Source: Haemophilus sp. (GTDB lineage: Bacteria; Pseudomonadota; Gammaproteobacteria; Enterobacterales; Pasteurellaceae). From it: 44,731 nt of DNA. A model generated the notes under the pieces. That model was not told where the DNA came from. It did no database searches and was given only the letters and a program-made list of their open reading frames with translations. The position numbers and the translations under genes are program-made. The stretch lies in the NCBI GenBank assembly GCA_015255025.1, contig JABZOY010000001.1, positions 2,220 to 46,950 of the forward strand, in the 5' to 3' direction. Shown piece after piece: positions 33,423 to 44,492 of the stretch (position 1 is its first letter; every line of letters begins with the position of its first letter).

Positions 33423-34574
33423 ATGTTAACTTCAAATACTTATAATCAACATTTCGCACCCTTGAGTGCAGAACAACTTGCCGAAAATGCCACTAAAAAG
33501 GTTATTTGCGGTATGTCTGGTGGGGTAGACTCCTCCGTTTCTGCGTTTATTCTTCAGCAGCAAGGCTACCAAGTGGAAGGCCTTTTTATGAAAAACTGGG
33601 AAGAAGATGACGATACCGATTATTGTACAGCTGCAGCGGATCTTGCTGATGCTCAGGCAGTATGCGACAAACTAGGCATTAAACTGCATAAAATTAATTT
33701 TGCCGCGGAATATTGGGATAACGTGTTTGAACATTTCTTAACAGAATACAAAGCCGGTCGTACGCCAAACCCCGATATTCTGTGCAATAAAGAAATTAAA
33801 TTTAAAGCTTTCTTAGAATATGCGGCAGAAGATTTAGGTGCTAATTATATTGCTACCGGCCATTATGTGCGTCGTCGCGGGGCAGATGATCAGGCTGAAC
33901 TATTGCGGGGTTTAGATAGCAACAAAGATCAAAGTTATTTTCTTTACACCTTGAGTAAAAATCAGGTAGGTCAAAGCCTTTTCCCTGTAGGTGAAATTGA
34001 AAAGCCGATCGTACGTGCTATTGCGGAAGATTTAGGTTTAATTACTGCGAAGAAAAAAGATTCTACGGGTATTTGTTTTATTGGTGAGCGTAAATTTAAA
34101 GATTTCTTGGCGCGTTATTTGCCTGCACAACCGGGTGATATCCGTACTGTAGATGGCGAGATTATTGGTCGCCATGAAGGCTTGATGTACCACACGCTCG
34201 GGCAACGTAAAGGGCTGGGTATCGGTGGATTAAAAAATGCTGGTGATGAAGCTTGGTATGTAGTGGATAAAGATGTCGAAAACAATGAATTGATTGTTGC
34301 GCAAGGACATGATCATCCACGTTTGTTCTCCAAAGGCTTAATTGCCAAGCAGCTACATTGGGTGAGTCGCGAACCCGTGCGTGAAGCGTTCCGTTGTACG
34401 GTAAAAACTCGTTATCGCCAAACGGACATCGCTTGTTTAGTTGAGCCAATTGATGACGATTGCATCCGAGTGATTTTTGACGAACCACAAGCCGCGGTCA
34501 CGCCAGGTCAATCAGCCGTGTTTTACCTAGATGAAGTCTGCTTGGGTGGCGGCATTATCGAAGAACGAATTTAA
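33423..34574 (+). CDS. mnmA: tRNA 2-thiouridylase MnmA (likely start 33423 after GGGAG)
   Basis: [32 protein letters not shown]. Confidence 0.97.
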   Translation: MLTSNTYNQHFAPLSAEQLAENATKKVICGMSGGVDSSVSAFILQQQGYQVEGLFMKNWEEDDDTDYCTAAADLADAQAVCDKLGIKLHKINFAAEYWDNVFEHFLTEYKAGRTPNPDILCNKEIKFKAFLEYAAEDLGANYIATGHYVRRRGADDQAELLRGLDSNKDQSYFLYTLSKNQVGQSLFPVGEIEKPIVRAIAEDLGLITAKKKDSTGICFIGERKFKDFLARYLPAQPGDIRTVDGEIIGRHEGLMYHTLGQRKGLGIGGLKNAGDEAWYVVDKDVENNELIVAQGHDHPRLFSKGLIAKQLHWVSREPVREAFRCTVKTRYRQTDIACLVEPIDDDCIRVIFDEPQAAVTPGQSAVFYLDEVCLGGGIIEERI

Positions 34575-34586
34575 TCAACATTTAAT

Positions 34587-34629
34587 AAAGTGCGGTCAGA
34601 AATTTAACATTTTTTCTGAGCGCACTTTT
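34587..34629. repeat. USS-pair hairpin, left copy of a 43-bp direct repeat flanking the orphan gene
   Basis: aaagtgcggtcagaaattta-acat-tttttctgagcgcactttt. Confidence 0.75.
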
Positions 34630-34655
34630 TAATTATTTTGCTAACCGGAGTTTTT

Positions 34656-35474
34656 ATGCGACGTATTATATTCGGATGTATTCTGACCTTATGTTATACG
34701 GCTGTTTTTGCACAGATGAAAACAGACTTAGCCTTATTAAATTTGAAAGGTCCTGTAAAAAAATGGGAAATGAAATCGATCAATCCCAAGGATTCTTCGA
34801 TTTTGGAGCATAAGATTACTTTTTTTAATCCGCAGGGATTTAAAATTAAAGAAAAAAACTTAGGGGATGTAGTTCTGACACAAAACTTTGTGTATGACGA
34901 AAAAGGACGTTTGATTAAATCTTTTATAGAAGGTGATAATAATGCTATCGAATATCTTTATCGCACGAATTCTGATGGTTCATTGACAGTAATCCATAAG
35001 TATAAAGCTAAAGACATGCCTGATATCATCGTATCTGAAAATACCTATGATAAAAATGGATTGCTTATCATTGAAAAAACGGAAGATGAGTCTTGTGAGG
35101 AAGGGTGCGAAAAACTTGAAAATGGCATGAATAAATATAGTCATCATTATGATGAACAGGGCAATCTTGTAGAAATTAGAAATGAGCTTTTTAATAATGA
35201 GTCTACCAAATATACCAATAAATATGTTGATGGAAAATTAGTTGAACAAACAGAATACATGCATGGTGGAAAAGTGGTAAGAACTTTTGATGTAAATGGA
35301 TATCCGATCAAACTTGAAGATTTTCCGCCTTATGGATTTGGTGATGGTAGTGTATCTTCCATAAAGCGTTGGAAAAATACGGTGGATGATCATGGTAATG
35401 TGGTGAAGATTGAAGAATTTGATAATGTTAATCATCCAAGCTCAATAATTATAAACTCATATGAATACTATTAG
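34656..35474 (+). CDS. Hypothetical secreted protein with YD/RHS-like repeats (likely start 34656)
   Basis: Signal peptide MRRIIFGCILTLCYTAVFA; repeats YDEKGRL, YDKNGLL, YDEQGNL, FDVNGYP, DDHGNV; terminal YEYY; visibly AT-rich. Confidence 0.75.
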   Translation: MRRIIFGCILTLCYTAVFAQMKTDLALLNLKGPVKKWEMKSINPKDSSILEHKITFFNPQGFKIKEKNLGDVVLTQNFVYDEKGRLIKSFIEGDNNAIEYLYRTNSDGSLTVIHKYKAKDMPDIIVSENTYDKNGLLIIEKTEDESCEEGCEKLENGMNKYSHHYDEQGNLVEIRNELFNNESTKYTNKYVDGKLVEQTEYMHGGKVVRTFDVNGYPIKLEDFPPYGFGDGSVSSIKRWKNTVDDHGNVVKIEEFDNVNHPSSIIINSYEYY

Positions 35475-35477
35475 CTC

Positions 35478-35520
35478 AAAGTGCGGTCAGAAATTTAGAG
35501 ATTTTTCTGACCGCACTTTT
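35478..35520. repeat. USS-pair hairpin/terminator, right copy of the 43-bp direct repeat
   Basis: aaagtgcggtcagaaattta-gaga-tttttctgaccgcactttt. Confidence 0.75.
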
Positions 35521-35748
35521 TCTTTTATGATTTTTCAATTTTAGGCAATTTGAAAAAATATTGATATTTTGATAATATATATTTCGTAATTGGAAACAAT
35601 TCACTCAAATCCTACTGAGCGTTTCCTTCAAAATCGCACTTCTCCGTGCTGTCATTTGCGATGGTTCCATCGCACCATTTAGGGCTTAAGGCCTTGTTTT
35701 ATTTAATCTGATTTTATTTTTATTCACTTAATTTTTAAGGGGAAAGCG

Positions 35749-37776
35749 TTGTCTTTATCTAAATTTATGGAAAAGCAAACGTCGTTCAATCCTTTAGTGA
35801 TTGGTGCAACGTTATTTTTTGTGGTGTTACTTGTCGCGATGATTTTAATCGCACCTGAACAAACGCAAACTTTATTAAATGCCGCCAAATCGGGCATTTT
35901 TGCTAACTTTAGTTGGTTTTACGTATTAGCATTCTCAGTGTTTTTGGGCTTTTTAGTCATTTTATCAGTCAGTAGTCTAGGTAATATCAAATTAGGCAAT
36001 GATGAAGAAGAGCCTGAATTCGGTTTTCTCTCTTGGTTGGCGATGTTATTTGCTGCCGGCATGGGGGTAGGGTTGATGTTCTTTGGTGTCGCAGAGCCAT
36101 TGACGCATTACTTATCTGATATTACCACAGGCAGCGCAGAGCATAAGCAACAAGAAGCTTTGTTACACACCTTATTCCACTGGGGAATTCATGCCTGGGC
36201 GGTGTATGGCACGATTGCGTTGGCATTAGCTTACTTTGGATTCCGTTACAAATTACCTTTAGCATTACGTTCTTGTTTCTATCCGTTATTGAAAGAGCGT
36301 ATTAATGGCAAGTTAGGCGATCTTATCGACATTATGGCGTTACTTGCCACCTTATTCGGTATTATTACAACGTTAGGTTTCGGTGCTTCTCAATTGGGGG
36401 CAGGCTTACATCAATTAGGCTGGATTAGTGAAAATAGCTTCAGCTTGCAAATTGTCGTGATTACTGTGGTGATGAGTTTAGCCATATTTTCCGCGATTTC
36501 TGGCGTAGGGAAAGGGGTAAAAATCTTAAGTGAGCTGAATTTAACATTAGCTTTCTGTTTGTTGATTTTCGTATTAGTGGCGGGGCCAACACTTTATTTG
36601 TTATCAGCGTTCAGCGACAACATCGGAACTTATCTCAGCAACTTAGTACAATTAAGCTTCAAAACCTATGTTTATGAACAAGAACATACTAGTTGGTTTA
36701 GTGGTTGGACGATTCTGTATTGGGCATGGTGGTGTTCTTGGGCACCATTTGTAGGTTTATTTATTGCTCGTATCTCAAAAGGACGCACCATTCGCGAATT
36801 TATTTTCGGCGTATTGGTGGTTCCTAGCATGTTCGGTATCTTGTGGTTTACCGTATTTGGTAATACGGCCATTTGGTTAAATGATGGTGAAGCTGCAGGT
36901 ATGTTAGGACAAATGATTTCCTCGCCTGAAACGTTGCTCTTTAAATTCTTAGATTATTTACCGCTTTCTGGTGTGACCGGTTTAGTGAGTTTGGTGGTGA
37001 TTTCTTTATTCTTTATCACCTCAGCAGACTCCGGTATTTATGTATTAAATAACATTGCATCACGTGATAAAAGTCTTGCTGCACCACGTTGGCAAGCGGT
37101 GATGTGGGGCATATTAATGTCAGTTGTCGCCATTGTTTTGATGCAATCAGGCGGCTTGGCTAATCTACAGGCAATGACGCTATTAGTGGCGTTACCTTTC
37201 GCCATGTTGATGTTGTTGATGTGTTTTAGTTTATGGAAAGGCTTGAATGCGGATAAAAAATATTTTGATACTAAAGTGAATCCAACCAGTATTTTCTGGA
37301 CAGGGGATAAGTGGAAAGAACGTTTGGAACAAATGATGAACCAAACGCAAGAAAAAGATATTTTACGTTTCCTTAAACATACGGTATTGCCGGCAATGCG
37401 TGAGCTACGCCAAGAGTTGATTGGCAAATACGACTTAAGCGTACAAATTAACACGTTATTTGATCAAGATGAACCTGCAGTCGAGTTAGTCATTCAGAAA
37501 GATTTAATGCGAGACTTTATGTATGGGGTGAAATCTATCGGTCGTGAGGTGTCAGAGCAATTAATTAATGACGATAACTTGCCACATATCCAGCATAGTA
37601 TGACTTATGAGCCATACACTTACTTCTTTGATGGTCGAGTGGGTTATGATGTGCAATATATGGATCAAGATGAATTAATTGCTGATATGTTGAAACATTA
37701 TGAACGTTACTTAAGTTTGCTCGACGATGTGGGTCAAGAATTGATGGCACATGAGCAAACAGAACTGGCTGAATAA
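35749..37776 (+). CDS. betT: BCCT family transporter with a long BetT-type C-terminal domain
   Basis: AGMGVG, WAWWCSWAPF aromatic box, FFITSADSG; about 12 TM helices. Confidence 0.85.
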   Translation: MSLSKFMEKQTSFNPLVIGATLFFVVLLVAMILIAPEQTQTLLNAAKSGIFANFSWFYVLAFSVFLGFLVILSVSSLGNIKLGNDEEEPEFGFLSWLAMLFAAGMGVGLMFFGVAEPLTHYLSDITTGSAEHKQQEALLHTLFHWGIHAWAVYGTIALALAYFGFRYKLPLALRSCFYPLLKERINGKLGDLIDIMALLATLFGIITTLGFGASQLGAGLHQLGWISENSFSLQIVVITVVMSLAIFSAISGVGKGVKILSELNLTLAFCLLIFVLVAGPTLYLLSAFSDNIGTYLSNLVQLSFKTYVYEQEHTSWFSGWTILYWAWWCSWAPFVGLFIARISKGRTIREFIFGVLVVPSMFGILWFTVFGNTAIWLNDGEAAGMLGQMISSPETLLFKFLDYLPLSGVTGLVSLVVISLFFITSADSGIYVLNNIASRDKSLAAPRWQAVMWGILMSVVAIVLMQSGGLANLQAMTLLVALPFAMLMLLMCFSLWKGLNADKKYFDTKVNPTSIFWTGDKWKERLEQMMNQTQEKDILRFLKHTVLPAMRELRQELIGKYDLSVQINTLFDQDEPAVELVIQKDLMRDFMYGVKSIGREVSEQLINDDNLPHIQHSMTYEPYTYFFDGRVGYDVQYMDQDELIADMLKHYERYLSLLDDVGQELMAHEQTELAE

Positions 37777-37825
37777 TAAGACTAAAGTGCGGTTGAAAAT
37801 CCTCTAATTTTTTAACCGCACTTTT
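37757..37825 (+). repeat. ~70-bp direct repeat copy 1 (last codons of the BCCT gene plus USS terminator)
   Basis: Matches 39812-39881 with 4 substitutions and 1 indel by manual alignment. Confidence 0.9.
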
Positions 37826-37840
37826 TATCTTAAAACAAAT

Positions 37841-39760
37841 ATGAAGATACAAAATACGTTCAAAGCAAATGTTATTTGGGGCAGTTTAGGTTTTAGCTTA
37901 GCGATTATTGCAGCCCTTTTATTTGATACGCAGCAAACGATATCTTATCTTGCTGCGGCGAAAGCCTTTATTTTCTCTCAATTTAGCTGGTTTTATATTT
38001 TACTGAGTGCATTTTTTCTGTTCTTTTTACTTTTCTTGGCGTTAGGACGATATGGCGATATTAAACTCGGGAGTGATGAGGAAGAACCAGAGTTTAAATT
38101 AGGCTCTTGGATTGCGTTACTTTTTACCTCTGGAATTGGTATTGGCATTGTTTTTCTCGGTGTTGCTGAACCGCTTTCACATTTTCTTTCACCAATAGGT
38201 GAATATGAGAAAGTTAGAACGGCATTATTTTTTAGTATTTTTCATTGGAGCATCAGTGCTTGGGCTATTTATGGATTGATCGCACTTACGATTGCTTACT
38301 TCGGATTTCGCTATAAATTGCCGTTTTCTTTACGTTCTTGTTTTTATCCCTTACTGAAAGAAAAGATTAATGGAAGAGTCGGGGATATCATTGATATTCT
38401 CGGAATTTGCACTACCTTATTTGGTGTGGTTGCAACCTTAGGTTACAGTGCAATTCGATTGGCGGCAGCGTTCCATTCCATGCATTTATTGGATAACTCA
38501 CCGTATTTGGTTCCCCTTATTTTGGTGAGTGTTTTTATCATTGCTATCTTAATTTCACTACAGGGTATCGCTAACGGATTCCGCATTCTTAGTGAGCTAA
38601 ATCTAGGCATAACATTTCTCTTTATGCTACTGGTTTTGCTATTCGGTCCGACAATATATTTAATTTCTGCGTTTACAGAAAATATTGGTACCTACTTAAG
38701 TGGTTTAATTAGAGTCGGCTTCAAGGCTTATGCCTATGATGTAGAACATTTAGACTGGTTTATGGATTGGACCGTCTTTTACTGGGCATGGTGGTTTTCA
38801 TGGGCGCCAGGGTTTGGAATTTTTATCGCACGGATTTCTCGCGGACGAACTTTACGTGAGTTTATTTTCGGCGTATTGATGGTGCCAAGTTTATTCTTCG
38901 TTTTATGGTTCACTGTATTTGGTAATGGGGCCATTTGGGTTAATGAACATCTTGCTAAGGGGGCATTAGGTCAAGCTGTAAATAATGTGGGGTCACTCCT
39001 TTTTGATTTTCTGAGTTATTTACCCTATTCCGGCTTAACTAAAACTTTAGCTTTATTTATTATCACACTCTTTTTTATCGTCACCATTAACTTTGGTATT
39101 TATACGCTTAATAATATCGCGATTGAAGACAAAAGCCAGATTTCACCTCGTTGGCAATCTATGTTCTGGGGAGGGCTATTGTCAGTAGTTACGTTTGTGC
39201 TTTATCTTTTTGGTGGTATTGAAATACTCCAATCAACGATGTTGTTTTTTTCTTTACCTTTTGCTCTATTGATGTCTGTGATGGCATGGAGTTTGTTGAA
39301 GGGCTTACGATTTGAACGTCAATATTATTCCACAGAGGTTTCAGATTTGTGGACAGGTGCAAACTGGCGTAGCCGTTTAAGACAGTTAGTGATTGAACCT
39401 AAGCGAGATGATGCCATTTTACATTTAAAAACAACGGCGCTTTTGGCAATGAGAGAGTTGCGCCAGCTACTCATTGGTACCTATGGTTTAAATGTGACCT
39501 TACAGAAACATTTTGGTCGTGATAATAATCAACTGGTTCTTTCTATTGAAAATGGATTAGCAGAAGATTTTTTTTACCAAATTACCTTGTTCGAGAAGCC
39601 TGAGCCTGAAACTGCACAAGTTCATCATGCATTAATGGTTTCAACCAATATTCAATTGGAAGGTTATCCTTTGAGTATTACAAATGAAGAGGATTTGATC
39701 GTGGACATCTTGCAATGTTATGAGCGATACATGAAAGAACTGGATTTTGTTATTTCATAA
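37841..39760 (+). CDS. Second, divergent BCCT family transporter
   Basis: SGIGIG, YFGFRYKLPFSLRSCFYPLLKE, WAWWFSWAP, IARISRGRTLREF. Confidence 0.9.
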   Translation: MKIQNTFKANVIWGSLGFSLAIIAALLFDTQQTISYLAAAKAFIFSQFSWFYILLSAFFLFFLLFLALGRYGDIKLGSDEEEPEFKLGSWIALLFTSGIGIGIVFLGVAEPLSHFLSPIGEYEKVRTALFFSIFHWSISAWAIYGLIALTIAYFGFRYKLPFSLRSCFYPLLKEKINGRVGDIIDILGICTTLFGVVATLGYSAIRLAAAFHSMHLLDNSPYLVPLILVSVFIIAILISLQGIANGFRILSELNLGITFLFMLLVLLFGPTIYLISAFTENIGTYLSGLIRVGFKAYAYDVEHLDWFMDWTVFYWAWWFSWAPGFGIFIARISRGRTLREFIFGVLMVPSLFFVLWFTVFGNGAIWVNEHLAKGALGQAVNNVGSLLFDFLSYLPYSGLTKTLALFIITLFFIVTINFGIYTLNNIAIEDKSQISPRWQSMFWGGLLSVVTFVLYLFGGIEILQSTMLFFSLPFALLMSVMAWSLLKGLRFERQYYSTEVSDLWTGANWRSRLRQLVIEPKRDDAILHLKTTALLAMRELRQLLIGTYGLNVTLQKHFGRDNNQLVLSIENGLAEDFFYQITLFEKPEPETAQVHHALMVSTNIQLEGYPLSITNEEDLIVDILQCYERYMKELDFVIS

Positions 39761-39811
39761 TTTCTGTCACATAAGCTTAATATGGTGGATGAGCGTTAAT
39801 GTCTGATGAAT

Positions 39812-39881
39812 AAACAGAACTGGCTGAATAAGAAGACGAAAGTGCGGTTGAAAATCCTCTAGTTTTTTTGACCGCACTTTT
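39812..39881 (+). repeat. ~70-bp direct repeat copy 2
   Basis: aaacagaactggctgaataagaagacgaaagtgcggttgaaaatcctctagtttttttgaccgcactttt. Confidence 0.9.
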
Positions 39882-39961
39882 AAAATTACCTCTTGAGACA
39901 AATGCATAAAAAGAGTATATTCAAGCCCAAATTTTCAATTTAATTCTAACGGAGTTTTTCT

Positions 39962-40192
39962 ATGTTTGGTTTATCCCCAGCACAAATGATTATTTTATTA
40001 GTCGTGATTTTATTAGTATTCGGTACCAAAAAATTACGCAATGCGGGCTCTGATCTTGGCGCAGCAGTAAAAGGCTTTAAAAAAGCGATGTCTGATGACG
40101 AGCCGAAAAAAGATGCGGAATTTACTCAAATTAAAGACGGTACAACCACCGCTGAAAAAACTGAAACTGTAAAAGATAAAGAACAGGCATAA
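39962..40192 (+). CDS. tatA: Twin-arginine translocase TatA
   Basis: [24 protein letters not shown]. Confidence 0.95.
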   Translation: MFGLSPAQMIILLVVILLVFGTKKLRNAGSDLGAAVKGFKKAMSDDEPKKDAEFTQIKDGTTTAEKTETVKDKEQA

Positions 40193-40194
40193 CC

Positions 40195-40800
40195 GTGTTT
40201 GATATTGGTTTTTCCGAACTTGTTTTATTGATGCTTGTGGGCTTAGTAGTACTAGGCCCTAAGCGTTTACCTGTGGCTATTCGCACGGTAATGGGCTGGG
40301 TGAAAACGATCCGTGGGTTGGCAGCTAATGTTCAAAATGAATTAAAACAAGAGCTTAAATTGCAAGAATTGCAAGATAGCATTAAGAAAGCGGAACAACT
40401 GAATCTAAAACAGCTTTCCCCAGACTTAAGTAAAACCGTTGAAGAGCTGAAAGAACAGGCTCAAAAAATGCGTGCGGAGCTAGAAGAAAAAGCAGCTGCA
40501 GCGGGCACAACGGTAGAAGAGCAAATTAAAGAAATTAAAAGTGCGGCTGAAAATTCGGCTGATTCTGTTGAAAAACTCGTAGTGAATTCACAAGAAACTA
40601 CAGAAAAACCAGCTGAAACAGCATCGACAGAGCATGTAGAGAATGAACTTGCTGAAGTTTCAGAACATGAAAAAACAGAAGTGGATTTGACCGCACTTGA
40701 AGCCCATGAACAAGCTGAATTAACCGAGCGTTTATCTGATTACTATTCGCCGGATGATGTGGAACTGCAACCAGCACCTAAATCTGAAGCTAAGTCCTAG
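40195..40800 (+). CDS. tatB: Twin-arginine translocase TatB (GTG start)
   Basis: [16 protein letters not shown]. Confidence 0.95.
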   Translation: MFDIGFSELVLLMLVGLVVLGPKRLPVAIRTVMGWVKTIRGLAANVQNELKQELKLQELQDSIKKAEQLNLKQLSPDLSKTVEELKEQAQKMRAELEEKAAAAGTTVEEQIKEIKSAAENSADSVEKLVVNSQETTEKPAETASTEHVENELAEVSEHEKTEVDLTALEAHEQAELTERLSDYYSPDDVELQPAPKSEAKS

Positions 40801-40809
40801 AGAATAATT

Positions 40810-41604
40810 ATGAGCAATACGACGGACGATTCCCAACCGTTAATTACCCATCTTGTTGAACTCAGAAACCGCTTATTACGTTGTGTAATTTGTATTTTAG
40901 TGGTTTTTGTGGCGTTGGTTTATTTTTCTAATGATATTTATCATTTTGTCGCCGCACCTTTAACAGCGGTGATGCCAAAAGGTGCAACGATGATTGCAAC
41001 CAATATCCAAACGCCTTTCTTTACGCCAATTAAATTAACCGCGATTGTTTCGGTGTTTATTTCTGTACCTTATTTGCTTTATCAAATTTGGGCGTTTGTT
41101 GCACCGGCACTGTATCAACATGAAAAACGTTTAATTTATCCGTTATTATTTTCCAGTACAGTTTTATTCTATTGCGGTGTGGCATTTGCTTATTATATCG
41201 TTTTCCCTTTCGTGTTTAGTTTCTTTACGCAAACTGCACCAGAAGGGGTAGCTATCGCAACAGATATCAGCAGTTACCTTGATTTTGCTTTAGCATTATT
41301 CTTGGCATTTGGTGTGTGTTTTGAAGTACCCGTTGCCATTATTTTGCTTTGCTGGACAGGTGTCACAACCACGAAAGCATTGGCGGCAAAACGCCCTTAT
41401 ATTATTGTGGGAGCATTCTTTGTTGGCATGATCTTAACGCCACCAGACGTGTTCTCTCAAACTTTACTTGCTGTACCAATGTGTCTTCTCTTTGAATTAG
41501 GCTTGTTAGTTGCACGTTTCTATCAACCGAAAGAGGATGAAGAAGAGGCAACTGATGAGGAAAGTGCGGTAGAAAATCAGGGTGATTTGAATCACAAAGA
41601 TTAA
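40810..41604 (+). CDS. tatC: Twin-arginine translocase TatC
   Basis: [25 protein letters not shown]. Confidence 0.97.
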   Translation: MSNTTDDSQPLITHLVELRNRLLRCVICILVVFVALVYFSNDIYHFVAAPLTAVMPKGATMIATNIQTPFFTPIKLTAIVSVFISVPYLLYQIWAFVAPALYQHEKRLIYPLLFSSTVLFYCGVAFAYYIVFPFVFSFFTQTAPEGVAIATDISSYLDFALALFLAFGVCFEVPVAIILLCWTGVTTTKALAAKRPYIIVGAFFVGMILTPPDVFSQTLLAVPMCLLFELGLLVARFYQPKEDEEEATDEESAVENQGDLNHKD

Positions 41605-41618
41605 GAAAATGGGCGTAG

Positions 41619-42683
<1,065 letters not shown>

Positions 42684-42737
42684 GCACTTTTTAACTTGAA
42701 GTGCTAATCTAGGTGCTGATTTTAGATATCATCTAAT

Positions 42738-42773
42738 AAAAACGAGAAAATATTAAATGTTTTCTCGTTTTTT
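42738..42773 (+). terminator. Hairpin/terminator after hemB
   Basis: aaaaacgagaaaa...ttttctcgttttt. Confidence 0.65.
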
Positions 42774-42916
42774 ATTTTTTCTTCATTTTTTCTATAAAAA
42801 AACTATTGCCTAGTTGATTTTTCTATTGTTATATTGATGACACGCCGCAACAAGACGGTGATAAATAAAATAACGTTACACACATCATATTAACTCACTA
42901 CTAGAAGGAAAATCCT

Positions 42917-44266
42917 ATGTCAGCAGTAGCATCATTAGACGCATTTCTTGAAAAAGTGGCTCAACGTGACGGCCACCAACCTGAATTTTTACAAGCCGTT
43001 CGTGAAGTCTTCACGTCAATCTGGCCTTTCTTGGAAGCAAACCCTAAATACCGTTCAGAAGCTTTATTAGAGCGTTTAGTTGAGCCAGAGCGCGCAATCC
43101 AATTCCGTGTGGCATGGACTGATGATAAAGGCCAAGTTCAAGTAAACCGTGCTTTCCGTGTGCAATTCAACAGTGCAATTGGTCCCTTTAAAGGGGGCAT
43201 GCGTTTTCATCCATCCGTTAACTTATCAATCTTAAAATTCTTAGGTTTTGAACAGATCTTTAAAAATGCCTTAACTACATTGCCAATGGGCGGTGCGAAA
43301 GGCGGCTCAGATTTTGATCCTAAAGGAAAATCAGATGCTGAAGTGATGCGTTTCTGCCAAGCGTTAATGGCTGAATTGTATCGTCATGTTGGCCCAGATA
43401 CCGATGTGCCCGCCGGTGATATTGGTGTAGGTGGTCGTGAAGTAGGCTATCTTGCAGGCTATATGAAAAAATTATCAAACCAAGCTGCTTGCGTGTTTAC
43501 TGGTCGTGGTCTTTCATTCGGTGGGAGCTTAATTCGTCCAGAAGCAACGGGGTATGGATTGGTTTATTTTGCCCAAGCAATGCTTGCAGAGAAAGGGGAT
43601 AGCTTCCAAGGTAAAACGGTTTTAGTTTCCGGTTCGGGTAACGTGGCGCAATATGCGATTGAAAAAGCGATGGCGCTCGGTGCGAAAGTCGTAACCTGTT
43701 CTGACTCTGCGGGTTATGTGTATTTACCTGAAGGATTCGATCGTGAAAAATTAGAAGCTTTATTAGAGCTCAAAAATGTAAAACGTGGTCGAGTAGAAGA
43801 GTTTGCAAAACAATTCGGTCTTCAATATTTTGCAGGCAAACGTCCTTGGGAAGTGAAAGCAGATATTGCACTTCCTTGCGCAACCCAAAATGAATTAGAG
43901 ATTTCAGATGCGAAAGCCTTAATCTCAAATGGAGTGAAATTAGTCGCAGAAGGTGCAAACATGCCAACCACTATCGAAGCGACAGGAGCATTCTTAGAGG
44001 CTGGTGTATTATTTGGCCCAGGTAAAGCAGCTAATGCAGGTGGTGTTGCGACATCAGGCTTAGAGATGGCGCAAAGTTCACAACGTTTATACTGGACGGC
44101 TGAAGAAGTGGATAAACAGCTTCATCGTATCATGTTAGATATTCATGCAAACTGTAAAAAATACGGTTCAGCAGAAGGCCAAGCAAACATTAACTACGTA
44201 GTTGGCGCAAACGTAGCAGGCTTTGTAAAAGTAGCCGATGCAATGTTGGCTCAAGGGGTTTATTAA
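42917..44266 (+). CDS. gdhA: NADP-specific glutamate dehydrogenase
   Basis: KGGMRFHPSV, GGAKGG, GSGNVA. Confidence 0.97.
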   Translation: MSAVASLDAFLEKVAQRDGHQPEFLQAVREVFTSIWPFLEANPKYRSEALLERLVEPERAIQFRVAWTDDKGQVQVNRAFRVQFNSAIGPFKGGMRFHPSVNLSILKFLGFEQIFKNALTTLPMGGAKGGSDFDPKGKSDAEVMRFCQALMAELYRHVGPDTDVPAGDIGVGGREVGYLAGYMKKLSNQAACVFTGRGLSFGGSLIRPEATGYGLVYFAQAMLAEKGDSFQGKTVLVSGSGNVAQYAIEKAMALGAKVVTCSDSAGYVYLPEGFDREKLEALLELKNVKRGRVEEFAKQFGLQYFAGKRPWEVKADIALPCATQNELEISDAKALISNGVKLVAEGANMPTTIEATGAFLEAGVLFGPGKAANAGGVATSGLEMAQSSQRLYWTAEEVDKQLHRIMLDIHANCKKYGSAEGQANINYVVGANVAGFVKVADAMLAQGVY

Positions 44267-44287
44267 TTCACAAAATGAATAAAAAAT

Positions 44288-44322
44288 TGACCGCACTTTG
44301 TGATGAAGTGCGGTCATTTTTT
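44288..44322 (+). terminator. USS-pair terminator after gdhA
   Basis: tgaccgcactt-tgtgatg-aagtgcggtca followed by a T run. Confidence 0.85.
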
Positions 44323-44492
44323 ATGGTGAATTTCTCAAGTAGAAATAGGCTATTGGCTTGCTTTTTTGCTCAAAAAGTGTAAAATCTTCAGGCTTTTTGT
44401 CTATATATACAGAGAAAAAAGTAAGCTATATTCTTAAATCACTTTCGAGTTTGAGAATATTCTTTTAGTAATTAAACATTTAGAGGAAGGTT

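Noticed and set aside
34656..35474. Rhs toxin-immunity module
   Set aside because: Too short, no DPxG core end or toxin C-terminus, and no immunity ORF or VgrG/PAAR genes
16431..39760. Functional link between the sulfatase-like transferase and the BCCT transporters (phosphocholine decoration pathway)
   Set aside because: They lie about 18 kb apart, no lic genes are present, and nothing in the sequence ties them together
40490..40800. Acidic low-complexity TatB tail as a novel domain
   Set aside because: TatB C-termini are typically variable and disordered
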